Made by a program: the position numbers and the translations under genes
The notes under the pieces: generated by a model
What the model was told of the DNA's origin: nothing
The model's input: the letters and a program-made list of their open reading frames with translations, nothing else
The model's database searches: none
Shown: positions 26,301-40,309 of the stretch, in pieces
How the letters are laid out: every line of letters starts with the position of its first letter
Numbering within the stretch: position 1 is the stretch's first letter
Assembly (NCBI GenBank): GCA_051362555.1
Contig: CM120641.1
Location: 12,710,001-12,774,000 of the forward strand
Reading direction: 5' to 3'
DNA from: Lingula anatina
Lineage: Eukaryota > Animalia > Brachiopoda
Length of the DNA stretch: 64,000 nt

Positions 26301-29300
26301 ATCAAGATGGAGGACAAGACAAGTATTCAAAACTGAAGGAAAAGTTTGAACAAAATTCACAAACGCAGAAAAGCAACTTTGATAATACTCCAAATAGGCC
26401 TGGACAAACTGTCACCTATCAAACCAAGATCAGAGCATCAAAGTCTGAAGAAAGACTTTTCCCACAAAAGGAATCAGCATCCATTGAATTTAAGATTTGC
26501 AATGGTGCAGTCACAGAAGTGATGCACAATGACAGTAGCACCTTTAAAGTTGTTCCAGTGCCCCATGAAATGCCAACATTTGCTGTGCATATAGATACCA
26601 ACCTACAGCCAGGCAGTAATAGATCATCACTTTCTTCCTCATCATCATCATCATATACATCTGGCTACAACAGTGAAAAAAGCCCTGATAAAAATCTTGT
26701 TGACCACAAACATGGTGACACTAGTGCCACTCGTGGAAAACACACTGGTGTGCTATCACAAAGATTAGGAAAAGAAGAGAAAACAACCAAGCTTGCCCAG
26801 AATCTGAATATGGACTCAAAAGATAGAGACCATTCTCCTTGGATATCAGAATACTCAAAGAGATCTCAGAATAAACTAAATGGTAATGGTGAAAAACCTG
26901 GAAAACAGTTGTCTGCCTTTCAGCCCAAGTCTCACCAAAAACTTGAAAAAGAATGGCCACCTCCAAAAGAAACAGGAGGAATCAAAGCCAGAGCAGCAGC
27001 ATATATTGGTGCTGTTATAAAATCAGAGACAAATGACCCTGCATCCTATAACAAAGATGATTCAGAAGTGAGAAAAAAGAAAGTATACACAGAAAGCAGA
27101 TCCAAGACAGATAGTCCCCTCTATAGATCAAGCACACCCCAGGTTCATGAACCAGTCACTGCCAAAACTGTAAGACAACCTCAAGTGTATGGGTCAGTGA
27201 AAGTGGGTACAGCCAATGCATCTAGCACAAGAATTGCCAGCAGCTCAGAACAACCTACGACTCACACTGCTGTTGAGATTAAAACTCATAACCATGCAGA
27301 AGTATCTGAACCAGAAAAATATGATATTCACAACAGGGCAAACAAACCAAGTTCTAAAACCCTTCCAGATACGTTTTTCCGCCGTACATCAGAGCCTACA
27401 ACGTCCTCACATTTTGGTGTCAATCTAAAAACTGTGTCACCTAATCAGGATGCTGCTGTTTCAAAACAGTCTCAGGTGAATCATTTAGAGCCCAACTCTT
27501 ACTTATCAAGGGATAGTCATAATCGTGGCTCAAATTTGGAGGCAAAAACAAAGGCTTTTCATACAGAACAGCATGCACCAACAGCAATCTCTACCAAGGT
27601 GATGAAAGACAATACCTTGAGAAAGCTAGTGGAAAATGTTACTGTGCCAAGGTCTTCTTTGAAAGATCTGCCTGCCAATAGCAGGAATAAGTTTGGAGCC
27701 CTGGCAGCAAGGTTTGAACAAGCATCAAAGTCCGAAGCACCTAAGTTGACAGAATTAGGCGTTGCATTTGGTGTCACAAAGGAAACAAAGGTTACATCAA
27801 ATGGACAACTAGAAAGAAAGGACTTGAAGGCCAAACCAAATAAAGATAATGTTGAGTTATTGGAGCCAAAAACAGAGGAAAAACCAATAGTCAAAAATGC
27901 TGATAGTGTGCCCAGAATTACACCAAAATCAGCTGATAGAATTTCTGATAAAATGCTCAAAACAGAGACAAAATTGATAAGCAAAAACCCAGACATGACA
28001 AGACTTATAGAACCAAGAATGAGGTCAGGGTCTGTAGAAGGAGACATTACAGAGTCTAAGACTGACCAGGGGCCCTTAAATATGCAGAGGCGAGCATCTT
28101 CTTTTGAGAAACCTTCTGAAAAATTATTTGTTGAAAAGGAAAAAACTCTCAGGGAAAGTGTTGTTCTGAAGAAGGTCCAAAATGTTCCCAACAAATCTAT
28201 TGAAAAGCCAAGAACCAGTGAACACAAATTCCCATTTAGAGATGTACTTAAAAAAGGCAGCAGCGAAAAATGTGAAACTAAGGCTTACGATGCCAATCCA
28301 GACCAAGTAAACAAATTACTGGGGAAAAGAGAACCACAAACAGAGGAAAATAAAGTCCAGTACAGGAGTGTGCTGAAAAAGAATAACCAAAAAATTGATG
28401 GTGCATCAAAGAAAACAGAACAAAAGATTGAGGATAATAAATTCTCATACAGAAGCGTTTTGAGAAAGAGAGAACCAGACGCTGAGCAAAAGCCTTCTCC
28501 ATCTGCCGAGGAACATGACAAAAACAAAGGGAGGGATTTAGAGAAACAGCAGGCACCTACTGGAAGATATAGCACTATAAGCATGGACAAAACTGCTCAA
28601 GCTTTTGCAAAGGATAGGCCAGTTGATACAAAACTTTACAGTAGTGCTGAAAGGTCACTTGGGAAGTCAGATGGTGCTGGTGTCTCTTCACCCCTAGATC
28701 AGCCTGAAATGCAGTTAGAAACAAATAAGACTATTATTCCTGATGTTCCTAGGAACATATCTTCCTCTGAGGATGAAGAGGATGATTCTGGCAGTGATAC
28801 AGAAGTTGATAGCTGTCAAGAAGATGAGGAGTACATTGCCAGATCTAAAATAAGCCAAGCAATTGCAACTGAAACTAAAGATGTAAAAGAAGCAGAAGAT
28901 GATGTGCAAGAAGAGCCTGTTCCCACATTTAAAGATGAACAAGAAGAGTCTTTACCCATTCTTTCTACTCATAAGAGCACCAGCAGCAGCAGTGGCAGCC
29001 GTGACTGGGAAGCAGATGAGGAGGAAATCCCCTTGTGGACCTCTATGCTGTCCAAGGGCAGTCGCACTAAAAGTAGCCCTTTAAAAAGAGACCAAGCTGA
29101 TCAAGTAATTGAGCAGTTAAATGAAAAAGATACCCAAGATATGGTTGTTGACTCTGTCAAAGTTGAGGGCAATAGTCATAAAAAATCTGAGCAAAGCCAT
29201 GTTGTCTCTTGGTTCAGTGAATCACAAAAGCTTGATAAAAACTCAATTGATACTCATGCTGGGTCTAGTCAAACACCTTCAAAATCTGTATTGAATGCAG

Positions 29301-32300
29301 ACCAAATGAAACCAGCTTCCACGTTGCCAATGAATAGGGAAATGGAGAAGCCTAAGGGTAAAGAATTGCCATGCTCTCAGAAACAAAATGCTTTTCTGGC
29401 AAAGGCATCAGTATTCATGGAGACAACAGAAAGTGAAGTTGCACGAAAGACACCTCCAAAAACTAAAAACATAAAAGTTACTGGAAGTCTGAAATCCAGA
29501 GCTGCCATTTTCCAAGATTCAATGGAAAAGGAAGAGATCATGTCTGTTAAACCAAGGGAAATTTCCAATAAATCAAAGGTGCCAGCTCGCCATGAAAGTT
29601 CTAAGCTGGGAGACAGACTTGCAAAGTTTTCTTCTTTTGATGGCGATGAACCCAAAGAGGATAAACCAATGCAACCCAAAAGACTAAATAAGGATGAGAC
29701 AGTAGGGAAAATTTCTATAAAAGATGAAAACCCTGCTACAATGAGTAACAATAAAAGCCATAACAAGTTACTTAGCAAGATCTCCAAGTTTGAATCAGCA
29801 GATTCAGTGGGAAAGGATACTAAAGACTTAAATGACAACCTTGCACCTCAGCCCATTAAAGGAGAAATCCAGCACCCTGGGTCCCCAGCCTCTCCCAGAG
29901 GTGGCACCCCAAAGATGGGCATGAAGGTTTCAGCACTAGGCATGGTGGGACCTGTTGTGCATGGTGGACTGCAGATTGAAAAGCATGGTGTGTATTGTTT
30001 TTGTTTATTACGCAACTTTTGCATTATCTCCTGTATTAGGATTTCTCTTAAAAAAGGGGAGCAAAAGGTAAGTGAATATTTTGTTTTCTGTGAATATGGT
30101 TTTAACTGCCTTTGCTTATCAGTACATTTTAGGCGGCTTTTTTATCCAGGTAAGTTGTTAGGGTAGTCAGAGTGCTGTAAAAAAGCAACTAAATTTCAGT
30201 GGCAATTAGGAAATGCAGGAATAATTTTATTCACATGATGAATATTTACATTTTAAAATGTCAAACTAGATTCCCATGGCTGGTCATTATCTCCAGTCAA
30301 TTTACAATCACTTAGCTTACATCCAGTAATTTGTTTGTGATACAAATACTCCTGATATACTCCGATTATGGCACACCAACCAGTGATAAATCCCAGGTTA
30401 CACAAGTATTTGGTGAGAAATCATTTCCAGAATTACATTTGGATTTCATCTGTGCGTAAACCATGGTCTTATATGCACTTCATCATATGTGTATGTCTCA
30501 GTGAAAAGTCAATGAGTTGTGCAGAGTTAAATGCATAGGAAGATGCCAGGGGATTCTGTCCAAAAAGCTGACTGAAGAGTTGTACAAAGTAAATTTGGAA
30601 TTCATAAGAGGTGAGCAGTTGAGTCTGAATTATTTCATCAGTTTCAAATTTATATCTTCTGCCAATGGGAAAGAGGGCACAAGGTTTTAAATTAAAATAT
30701 TTTTAAGTAGATAAAAAGTGTTTTTTAAGCCTTGTTATGGACATCAGATAGAGGGGAGTGTGTCCTATGGCCCCGTAAGGTTAGATGTAAATTAACAAAA
30801 ATCACTGGCTAAGAAAATGGATAAAGATCAAGCATAATATATAGGCAGATGGCAGGTGCACTTAACTTGTGCCTGTTTCATCTTTCAATCTTTATGGTTG
30901 AACTCTCTTATTATTATGTAAAACTGGTGGTAATTTCAAAAAGAAATATTTATTCTATATAGGGAGTAACTGTTCATTAGAAAATTGCTGTAATGTGTGT
31001 CACACCTGCTATGAATAAGCTACACTTGTAAATTCCTACAGGTGATTTGATATAAATTGCATACCTGTAGGCAGCCTGGGTTTTAAAAAAGGCAAATTCC
31101 TATGAGACGGAAATAGTGAGGGAAATATTGAGGTTAGGGCACTTATAGTGCAACATCAGTCTACTGCCATTGTGTTTTGTGACATGTCATGAAATGTCAC
31201 AGAAGGGATGTTTATTTCACAGAGGATAAAAATTACTTTTTACATGCAAAACTTGTGCTCACCTTTGATTAGAAGTCATGCCACACAATTAGTCCAATAT
31301 TAAAACAAATTTTTTAATGTGACATCTTATTTCAGAAATAAGATGTCAAATTAAATTTATGTCTAATAAAGTACTCATATCCTGAATGGTGAACAATCCT
31401 GTTACAATTTTCACTCATGGGGTATATTTGGTAAGTAACCACTCAATCTAAATATATTTAAAAATTATATTACCCTAAACCATGTTACATAAATGGTGTC
31501 CACTAAGAATCAATTAAAATTTTTGAAAGATAAGATGGGTTCTTATTGAATTAGATCACTCGAACTGAAATAAAAAAGGAAATAACTTACAAGAAAAAGA
31601 TATAAAATGTATTTTGCAATATGTTCAGGTAATGCCACTGATGTGCAACAACTGCGAGATGTGATGATGTTAAAGAAATAGGCTTATTTCTACCAAATTA
31701 AGTTTATTTGATGTCCCAACTACTGCCATTAAAGAAGTATGTAAACCTCAAAGTTTGTACCTAATATATAATATGCCAAATATTGTCTCCAAAACAGGAA
31801 CTAGGACAAATGCAACCATGGATTTGCACATAAAAGTTATATAATATTCACAAAGTAAAATGATAGTACATAATAAACCAATGTATGATTGAATATAAAT
31901 ATGTTATATGATATTTAACAAAATAGGATACCGTTTGGTCAAGTAAATATAGGATGGTTTGATTTTGATCGAGTCTGTGTTGTAATCATGGAGTCCCAAC
32001 TTCAACTCGCCAGCAAACATCATACATTAAGACAACTTTTATGTACATTCATTTCTCAAGTCAATTTGCAAACAAAGGTTCGCCTTAACTGTTGTTATCC
32101 AACATTTTCAGTTTGTCTTTCTTCTTTACTGTGATTTGTGTAGAGAGGGATTATGAGTATCTACAGGTCTTGTACTTTGCAAAGTGTACTTCAGTATAGC
32201 TCCAAGCCATTGTTCAGTCCAGTTTGTGACCAGCATATTTTGGTCATCAGCTATAAAAAACTATTCAACCTGCAGGACTATTCCAGGCGGAACATGGGAA

Positions 32301-35300
32301 GTGTAAGCTCAAAGGCTGAGGGGAATGGTGATTACCCAGTGGGTGAGCAGATGGCACTGCTACCCCCACAGACAAGCCCTGAGGTGGTCCAAGTCACTCA
32401 CAAATCTGTCACCATTAAGTGGCGCTTGGCACCATCTTGGTTGGGCTCGCCACCAGTCATAGCATACGTTGTACAGGTTCGGAAAATAGGGAGTAAAAAA
32501 TGGAAAAATTCCACAAATCATTGTCAGGGAACGCAGTATGACATTGTGGATTTAACTCCAGACACTGAATACGAGTTCAGGATTAGGTCTGTGAGTGAGT
32601 CTGGCAGCACGAGCCACCCTGGGCACTCTAGCCTGCCAATTAAAACAAGAAAAGTCATTGATAAGACAACTGATGCAGATGGCAGTGAATATACAGCAAT
32701 AAACATTGCTTCTCGGGCAAGGTGGCTGCCTGCTTACAGATCTCAGAAGAAACAAAACAGTAAAATGAGAGAAAGACCAAGATGTTTCTCAGAAAGTGGG
32801 ACAGAATTAAGTCTACCAGAGGAAAACAAAATTAGAAGTAAGAAATTAGCCAGAAGGCATTCAGAGGCAGTGTTTTCAAGCAGAAAAGAATCTGATGAAA
32901 AGAGGAAGGTTGACAGTGACAGTAGTGTTTTGCTTTCTAACCACAAAATTTTGTCTAGTGGAAAGGTCCAGTTAACTCAGATTCAAGAGAACCAGACATC
33001 CTCTGGACTGAATAACATCACTGTAGTGACAACCACAAGTAGTGAAAAAGACAAGGACTCTAAACATAGAACTAAAGAAGTGACACAGGAACTGTTGCCA
33101 AAATCACTGACACCAAACCACACCAGGGGACATCTATATTTAGATATCCCTCCCCAAATAAGCCCAACTGTCACTGATACAAAGAAAATAAACAAAAATA
33201 CAGCTCCAAGTGACAAGGCCACTGTATCCAGAGACACAGCCAGAGGTGTTGCAACAAATGTTTATAGTACTGGGGAAAATTCAACTGATTGTTTACAAAA
33301 AACATCCCATGTACCTAGCCTTATGTCCCTAAAAGATGACAAAACACAAACCCTGGGAGATGTATTAGATGAGCACGCCCACATAACCTATGTATGTCCT
33401 AGAGATGTTCCAACAATGGGTACCTCTGTTACTTCAAATAGCGCTAAGGCCAATATTGCTGTAGGAGTCTGTGCTGAAGCAACCCTGGCACAATGTGATG
33501 TACCCCCTGTAGTACAAATCATACATCATACATCTGAAAGTAATGATTATGATGATGGTGATAACAGGAGAGATGATAAAGACAAGAGAAATGAGGGGCA
33601 GCTCTCCCATAGCCTGAGTATCCCTCGCATGGGAATGCAGTCCTTGTTTGCTAATGGCAGCCAAAATGGAGGACGCTTACGCAGAAGTCGCTCTCAGCGC
33701 AACCCCAGTACAGCTCACTCCCCTCTGCCTTACAAACGCAAACCTGGGAGCAGTGGCCCTAACACGCCACACTCTCAGAGAAAATTAGAACCCAACAGTG
33801 ATCCCAGTTCACCTAGGCAGCATAAACATACCCGCAGTACTTCTGACTCTCTAAGTTTTTACCAGCCACCTAGTAACTCTACATCCCCAGGGAGCAGCCT
33901 TTCTAGTACCCCCTCCCACAGCCGTAAAGCTTCGCTGAAACAAAAGTACAGGAGGTCCAGTGTAATGAAACTGGAACCACTGCGACAAGAAGTCCTGAAG
34001 AGCACAGGAAGTCTTCAAGATGTTGGCCTTAATGAAAGTATGACAGACATGGAGAAGGCTGCTAGAATAGCCAGAGAGCTGAAAAAGTTACAAAATAATA
34101 CTGAACTTAATAGTGTTGGCGTGAATGAAAATCATTACTCAGAGGGAAGTCCTAATGTTGATGTCAGGTCCATTGGTTTAGAATCTGGAGGTTTAGATCT
34201 AAAAAAATATGATGCTTTAGATGCCTTAAGCCCAGCTTCTGCTGGTCACTTAAGAGATGTTGACATAGAACATAGGTCTACTGTTCCCCAAGGAAAAGAC
34301 CCATCAGGTAATGCAAATGTAAATATCACAGCCAACAGTAGCACTGAAATGTTGGGTAATGCACCCTGGGCACAATTCATTAGTACAAAACAGAATAACA
34401 CACCTTCTTTAGAAACTTCAAAACCAGTGCAGCAGTTAAATACAGAGCATCAGGGCAGTGATAGAAAGCAGGTGGACTGTGACCAATGTGATGATGCAAG
34501 TCAAGTTGTTCAGGCTTCTATAGAAACATCAGAATCAATGCAACAGTTTAGCAAAGAGCATCTCAACAATGATATAGCTCAAGGTAACACATATACACAT
34601 AGGGAACAATGCACTGATACAGTCCAAAATATCCCACCCTCCGTAGTAACATTAAAATCAGTCCAGCAGACAGGTATGCAATCCCAAGGCACTGAAGGAA
34701 GCCATTGGCCCATGGGCAATGACAATGATACTTCCAATGACAGCACTATGTTCTATGACACAGCATGTCAACCCATCACTGAAGACATTGGAAATGACAT
34801 AATATCAGAGAGATCTCCCTTGGATTTGGTGGTGATTGTGTCGTCTGCTTCACTGCATCAATCGGATGAGGCATTTAAAGATGTGACTTCGGTTCAAGAA
34901 GCACCTGCCCCAATAAATGGTCACAACCAGAATGATAATGTTATCACTTTAGTCCATCAGGATGGGAGTGGTATTGATACTGTGGATGGGAAAGTTGTAG
35001 TTTACTTTGACTCTGTTGTATCTCCCCAACTGAACTTTTCTGTTAGCAGTAGCAATATGGACAGTAGTGTTGATGTGTTGGGTTCCACTGATACTAAATC
35101 AGAGGGTGATGATATTATAGATGCAAGTGACACGCTGACGATGCATTCTGATTGTGCTGGGGAAGATGTAGACCAGTTGTCAGCATCAGTAAGCAGTAAC
35201 AGTAGAGAGAGCAATGTCGGTGTGTTGGCCTCTACTGACACTACATCAGTGAGCACTGATACTGTAGTTACTTACAATAGCATATCTAAACAATCTGGCA

Positions 35301-38300
35301 GCAATGGCCAAGATATGGAACAGTTATCAGAAATAAGGCAAAATATTCGTAGCAAACATGCATCTAAGACTACAGCTGCAGCCACTGCAGTAAATGATCG
35401 ACTTAGGGAGGCTAGATTAAGGCGGCAGCAAGACAGATTAGTTAGTAATACATCAAGGGTTAACATAGGTCAGAGTAAGAGTAGAAATGGGGTAGGCCAG
35501 CAGGAGAATCATGCAATTAAAGACAGAGGTAAATATACAACTTTTTTCATTTAATCAACTTGATAAATGTTAATTAAGATTTTTCAAAGAAAAGAGATTT
35601 ATATTCAAGGTGAGCTGAAGGCGTGGTAAGTTACGAGACATTGTTTGATCAGTTTTGTTCATCACCCATTTTGTTTGCATGGGCTTTCTTCATATTTGTA
35701 CATACAGCATTGCTACCCATATCACTAAGAAACAAGGCCTAAGGGCACCAACTAAAATCTATTTGCCTGGGGTTTGATGCTCAGGTATAAAAAAAATAAG
35801 CACAATTGGCATGTTGATCTAAGCTTAAGAAAAAACCTACAGATATCTAGTAAAACAGTGTTTATATTTATTAATGTATATTTTTTTAGGTGCAGAAGGG
35901 AAAGATGAAGAAGATGCATCTGAAGGTGAGGACATGAGTATAGTGCAATACACATTTTACTTATTTTTCAAAATATAATGCATTAGAGCACCAAGGTATG
36001 TTTCCAACACATTCATTGCCATACTTATTTGTTGAATGTTTTGTGATGTAAAACGTGTGTGGCATTTGAACTTTTTTATTCAGACACTGAAATTTCTAAA
36101 CATTTCTTAAATCAACATGGCTTGGAATTGCATTTTTATTGTTGATAATAGTATACTTTTCTCTCTGTTTGTTATTAAATGACTTGTCATAAATGAAATA
36201 CCTCCTCAGTGTTGTATTCTTTCTCCCCAGCAGTCAAAACCTCCGACACAATAGGAGAGAAAAGAGAAGCAAGGAAAACAGGCCGTGAAATTGCTCCCCA
36301 TTTCATTATCAAACCGAGGAAGCAGTTCATAGACGAGGGACAGACAGCCAAGTTTAAGGCATCAGTTGAGGGTCGCCCTGCACCACAGTTGACTTGGAAA
36401 AAAGATGGGCAAGCACTACAAGATAGTGGCAAGTACAAGGTATGGGATAGATTCACATTTATTGCTTGTAATCATTCAGGAATAGTTTGTGCATGATTTT
36501 GTCCTCAGAAAGATGAAAACAAGTGCACAGAGATTTGAACCTGAAAGCCTAATTCCATTTTGACATTAGCATTTTTATGTAAGGCTAATTCACAACTGGA
36601 CTGACTTAGACTGGCTGATGACAAAATCCCATCACCAGTCAACCAGTTTTCTTTATAGGGGATCTGGAACCCTATTCAATCATGTCATTTAGTATCATTA
36701 TTTAGTCTGTATACAGTTTATGTTAGCCTTGTTGTGAACATGCTTTAAAATAGTCCTCTTGACTTTGGCTCTTGACTATTTTCCTATTAACTTGTACATC
36801 TTTTAGAGAATTAATGGTCAAATGTATACTATTACTGAATCCATTCATCCATTTATTTATTTTACCATACTGATATGACATGTTTCATTATATAGTCTAA
36901 GAAAAAGGTCCTATTTAAGTATGATGAATACCAAAATGGGTTTTCATTTTATAACTGGATTGTTCTCTGCAGGTTGTAAACAAACATAAAACTAGCAATG
37001 CACTAAGTGAATACAGAACTTTCTGGTAGTAGTGTGATATAACTCCATGATCACAGAAAGATGTGGCAATATATCATGCAGCCATAACAAGGGCACATTT
37101 CTGTTAATGGATTTTTGAAATGGCGTTAGCATATAATTATGCAAATGTTCATAGGAACTCTCATTGCAACACTGATAATAGCAACAATTTTAAAACTGAT
37201 AGTATTTTTACTATGACAATTGATGTTCACCATTAATACCTAGTATCATTAAACCCTATCAGTCAGACAGTTTGATATATTTAGAAAGTTCATCATAAAT
37301 ACAACATAAATATCTTCATACATCATGTAGTGAATGGCCCATATTTTTTCAGATTCATGAGCGCCATGGCTTCCACTACTTCGAGATCAGTGATATAACT
37401 CTGGAGGATGCTGCAGACTACAGCTGCACTGTTAGTAACTGCGCCGGTTCAGACACTGTCACCATGGAACTCTCAGTATATGGTAAGTACCAGGGTGATT
37501 CCTGTGGTATTATGTATGCTACATCATTGATATCATTATGTGAGGCTGTTTTGTTCAGAATTTTATGGACCTAATGGCATACCTTATTTAAGTTGTAATA
37601 CCAGGATAGAGCAGCATTGGAATGGTGTATTTTAAGCAACACATAGTGAGATAAAAATGTACTAAAGCAGTGGTGGAAAAATTAATTTTTTTTAACCGTC
37701 AGCACATTTACATTTCTAACTGTGTATTAGGTACACACTGACACACCCAAACACACAAACACAACACAGCAGTGTTTAATTTCTTTTTAAAAGAGTGGAA
37801 TCTGATGGAATAGTTGAAACCATTTATATTACAATGTGTTATATGAGTAGAATGGTCCTAATAATAGTGCATAAAAATGAAATGGTGACCACCTTCTTCA
37901 GAAAAACGTAAAAGAAGACAAGCACCTGAGTTTGAGAAAAACATTGAAGACCTGAGTACAAAAGCAGGAGAAACTATCACACTGGAATGCATTGTGACAG
38001 GTATAGTCTCTCTCTCTCTCTCTCTCTCTCTTATTGATCTATCTATTTGTACTGCCATTGTAAATCAAGCTATAGAAAACTGAAATAGATCAGGGGAAAT
38101 TTAAAGTGATAATACTGCCCTTTCATTTAATTGCTTCATTCCAATCAGACATATAAGTCAGCCTGCTGTAACTTAATCAACTGAACATAATAGGTCCAAT
38201 AAGTTCAACCACTAATGTAAACTTAAGCTTGGAATGATATCGTTCATAAATGCCATATTATCTGTGTCTCGAGAAAATTTCATCAACCATCAAAGAATGA

Positions 38301-38896
38301 CAATCTTTTCAATAGGACTCTTGTATATAGGGCCCTTGACATTGCTTGTGTATCTGATGTTAATACTTCTTTAGAAACATTACTGAGGGCATTTTCTCCT
38401 TTAGCTTGGCCACAGACCTTGAACTGTGTAATCAGTTGCTTGTGTATGGTGCTTTATTGCCTGTTTTGCCTACCCATGCCTTAAAGATGGATTCATTTAG
38501 TGATGGTGTTTGACTTTTGGAAATGTCCTGTTGGATGTATTTCTTAAATTTGTATTTGATCCATCTGTAGATTGTGCAGTTTTCATGATGATCTATTGTG
38601 CAAGGGCTGATGAGACTTCGATAAAAATGTAATGAGATATTGTCAGGAAGCTTTACTTGTACAGTGTGTTGTAAATAATGTATCAACTGATCATTACTGT
38701 TAAAATGGTGCATTCTGCTACATTTATTTTGAGAAAAAAGAATTTGAACTAAACAAAAAACGAGCTTTTTCTTCAGTGTTTCCCTTCATCTATTTGCCAT
38801 CATATCACTCCCCTCCCCCTCTCTCATTATAGGTTATTTCATGAGAATAAAGATGAAAACCAAATATTTCATTTTTTACTCATCTTTTTATGAAAT

Positions 38897-38935
<39 letters not shown>

Positions 38936-40212
38936 TTAAAAATTAAATATTAGATAAAGACGTTACACAGGGGGTAAATGTTATGAAGTCCTTTTTAATT
39001 CCTTAAGCTAATTAATGATTGCTGTTTAAAGCTATATACTCATTATACTTGCTGGAATGTGTTGATTCAGAGCCAAGTATATTACAATTATCACAGCAAT
39101 TCAAACCATTATTTCAACTTCCAACATTTCTCATTTCAAAAAAATTTAAACACAGTCTCCTCATTCACTTCATTACAAAAATTATCTCTCTCTGCAGGCA
39201 ACCCCACCCCTACTGTGACATGGAACAAGAACCACCGCCTTCTGCGACCTTCAGACCAACTAGTACAGAGTTATGATGAAAATGTTGCCAAGTTGGTGAT
39301 ACAGAAATCCACAGTGGAGGACACTGCCAAATACGAATGTGTGGCCAAGAACTCTGCTGGAGAGAGTAGGAGCACTGCACAAGTCACAGTACAACGTGAG
39401 TTTTTTTTCCCCCTTTTAATTGGGAAATCATTGCTTCTTTATTCATGAAGAGACTTTGTCTTGAATTTTGTTGAAAAATGAATTGGTGAAAAGGCACACC
39501 AGTAACAAAAATTTCACATCTGTAGTTACTCATATGTTACACATAATTGTTTTGTAAATTTACAGTTTACAATATATGATGTGGCTTATTGTGAGATTCT
39601 CAATATGACCATTAGTGAGGGGAAGTTGATTTCTCCCCCTTCCCTCTTTGGCATCAGCCTTTATGCTACTGTTAAATGTAAAAATGTAATGTATCTTTTT
39701 TGTAGCCAAACACATTCCTCCTGAGTTTACCAAGCATTTGAAGTCCATGACTGTTTTAGATGGTGACACTGTGATATTGGAGTGTAAAGTCACAGGTTAG
39801 TATTTTCAGAATTTACATTTAACATTTATATTGATATATACATTAATATATTTAAATCAGTAATTCTGACATGCTGTGGATGCAATGTTACAGTATTGAA
39901 TTGACAAAAACTGGTACTGTTAATTTAAAAGTACTTGACATGTTCAAAAACACCACCATGAAACTGAAATTTATAAATGTGTACTCAATCTTTGAACATA
40001 TCAGAAAAGAAATTATGTAACAGCACAAAATCCCCATTTTACATTATTTATGATTTTTGGCAATATTACTTGTTGAATAACTCAGTTTTACTAACTACTA
40101 AAATTCAAATCAAAACATTTTATTTGCAATATATTTTTTATTTGATATGTTTGTTGCCCAATGTAACCCTTATCACCATGTTAGCATGGTATAGTTGATT
40201 TCATGGGTAATA

Positions 40213-40309
<97 letters not shown>

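Noticed and set aside
27559-29838. Long antisense ORFs (222, 153 and 101 aa) opposite the giant exon
   Set aside because: S/F/L-rich shadows of the sense codon usage
35610-35625. 16-nt segment ending in a consensus donor (tg|gtaagt)
   Set aside because: Weak AAG acceptor and frame-breaking length; not supportable without reads
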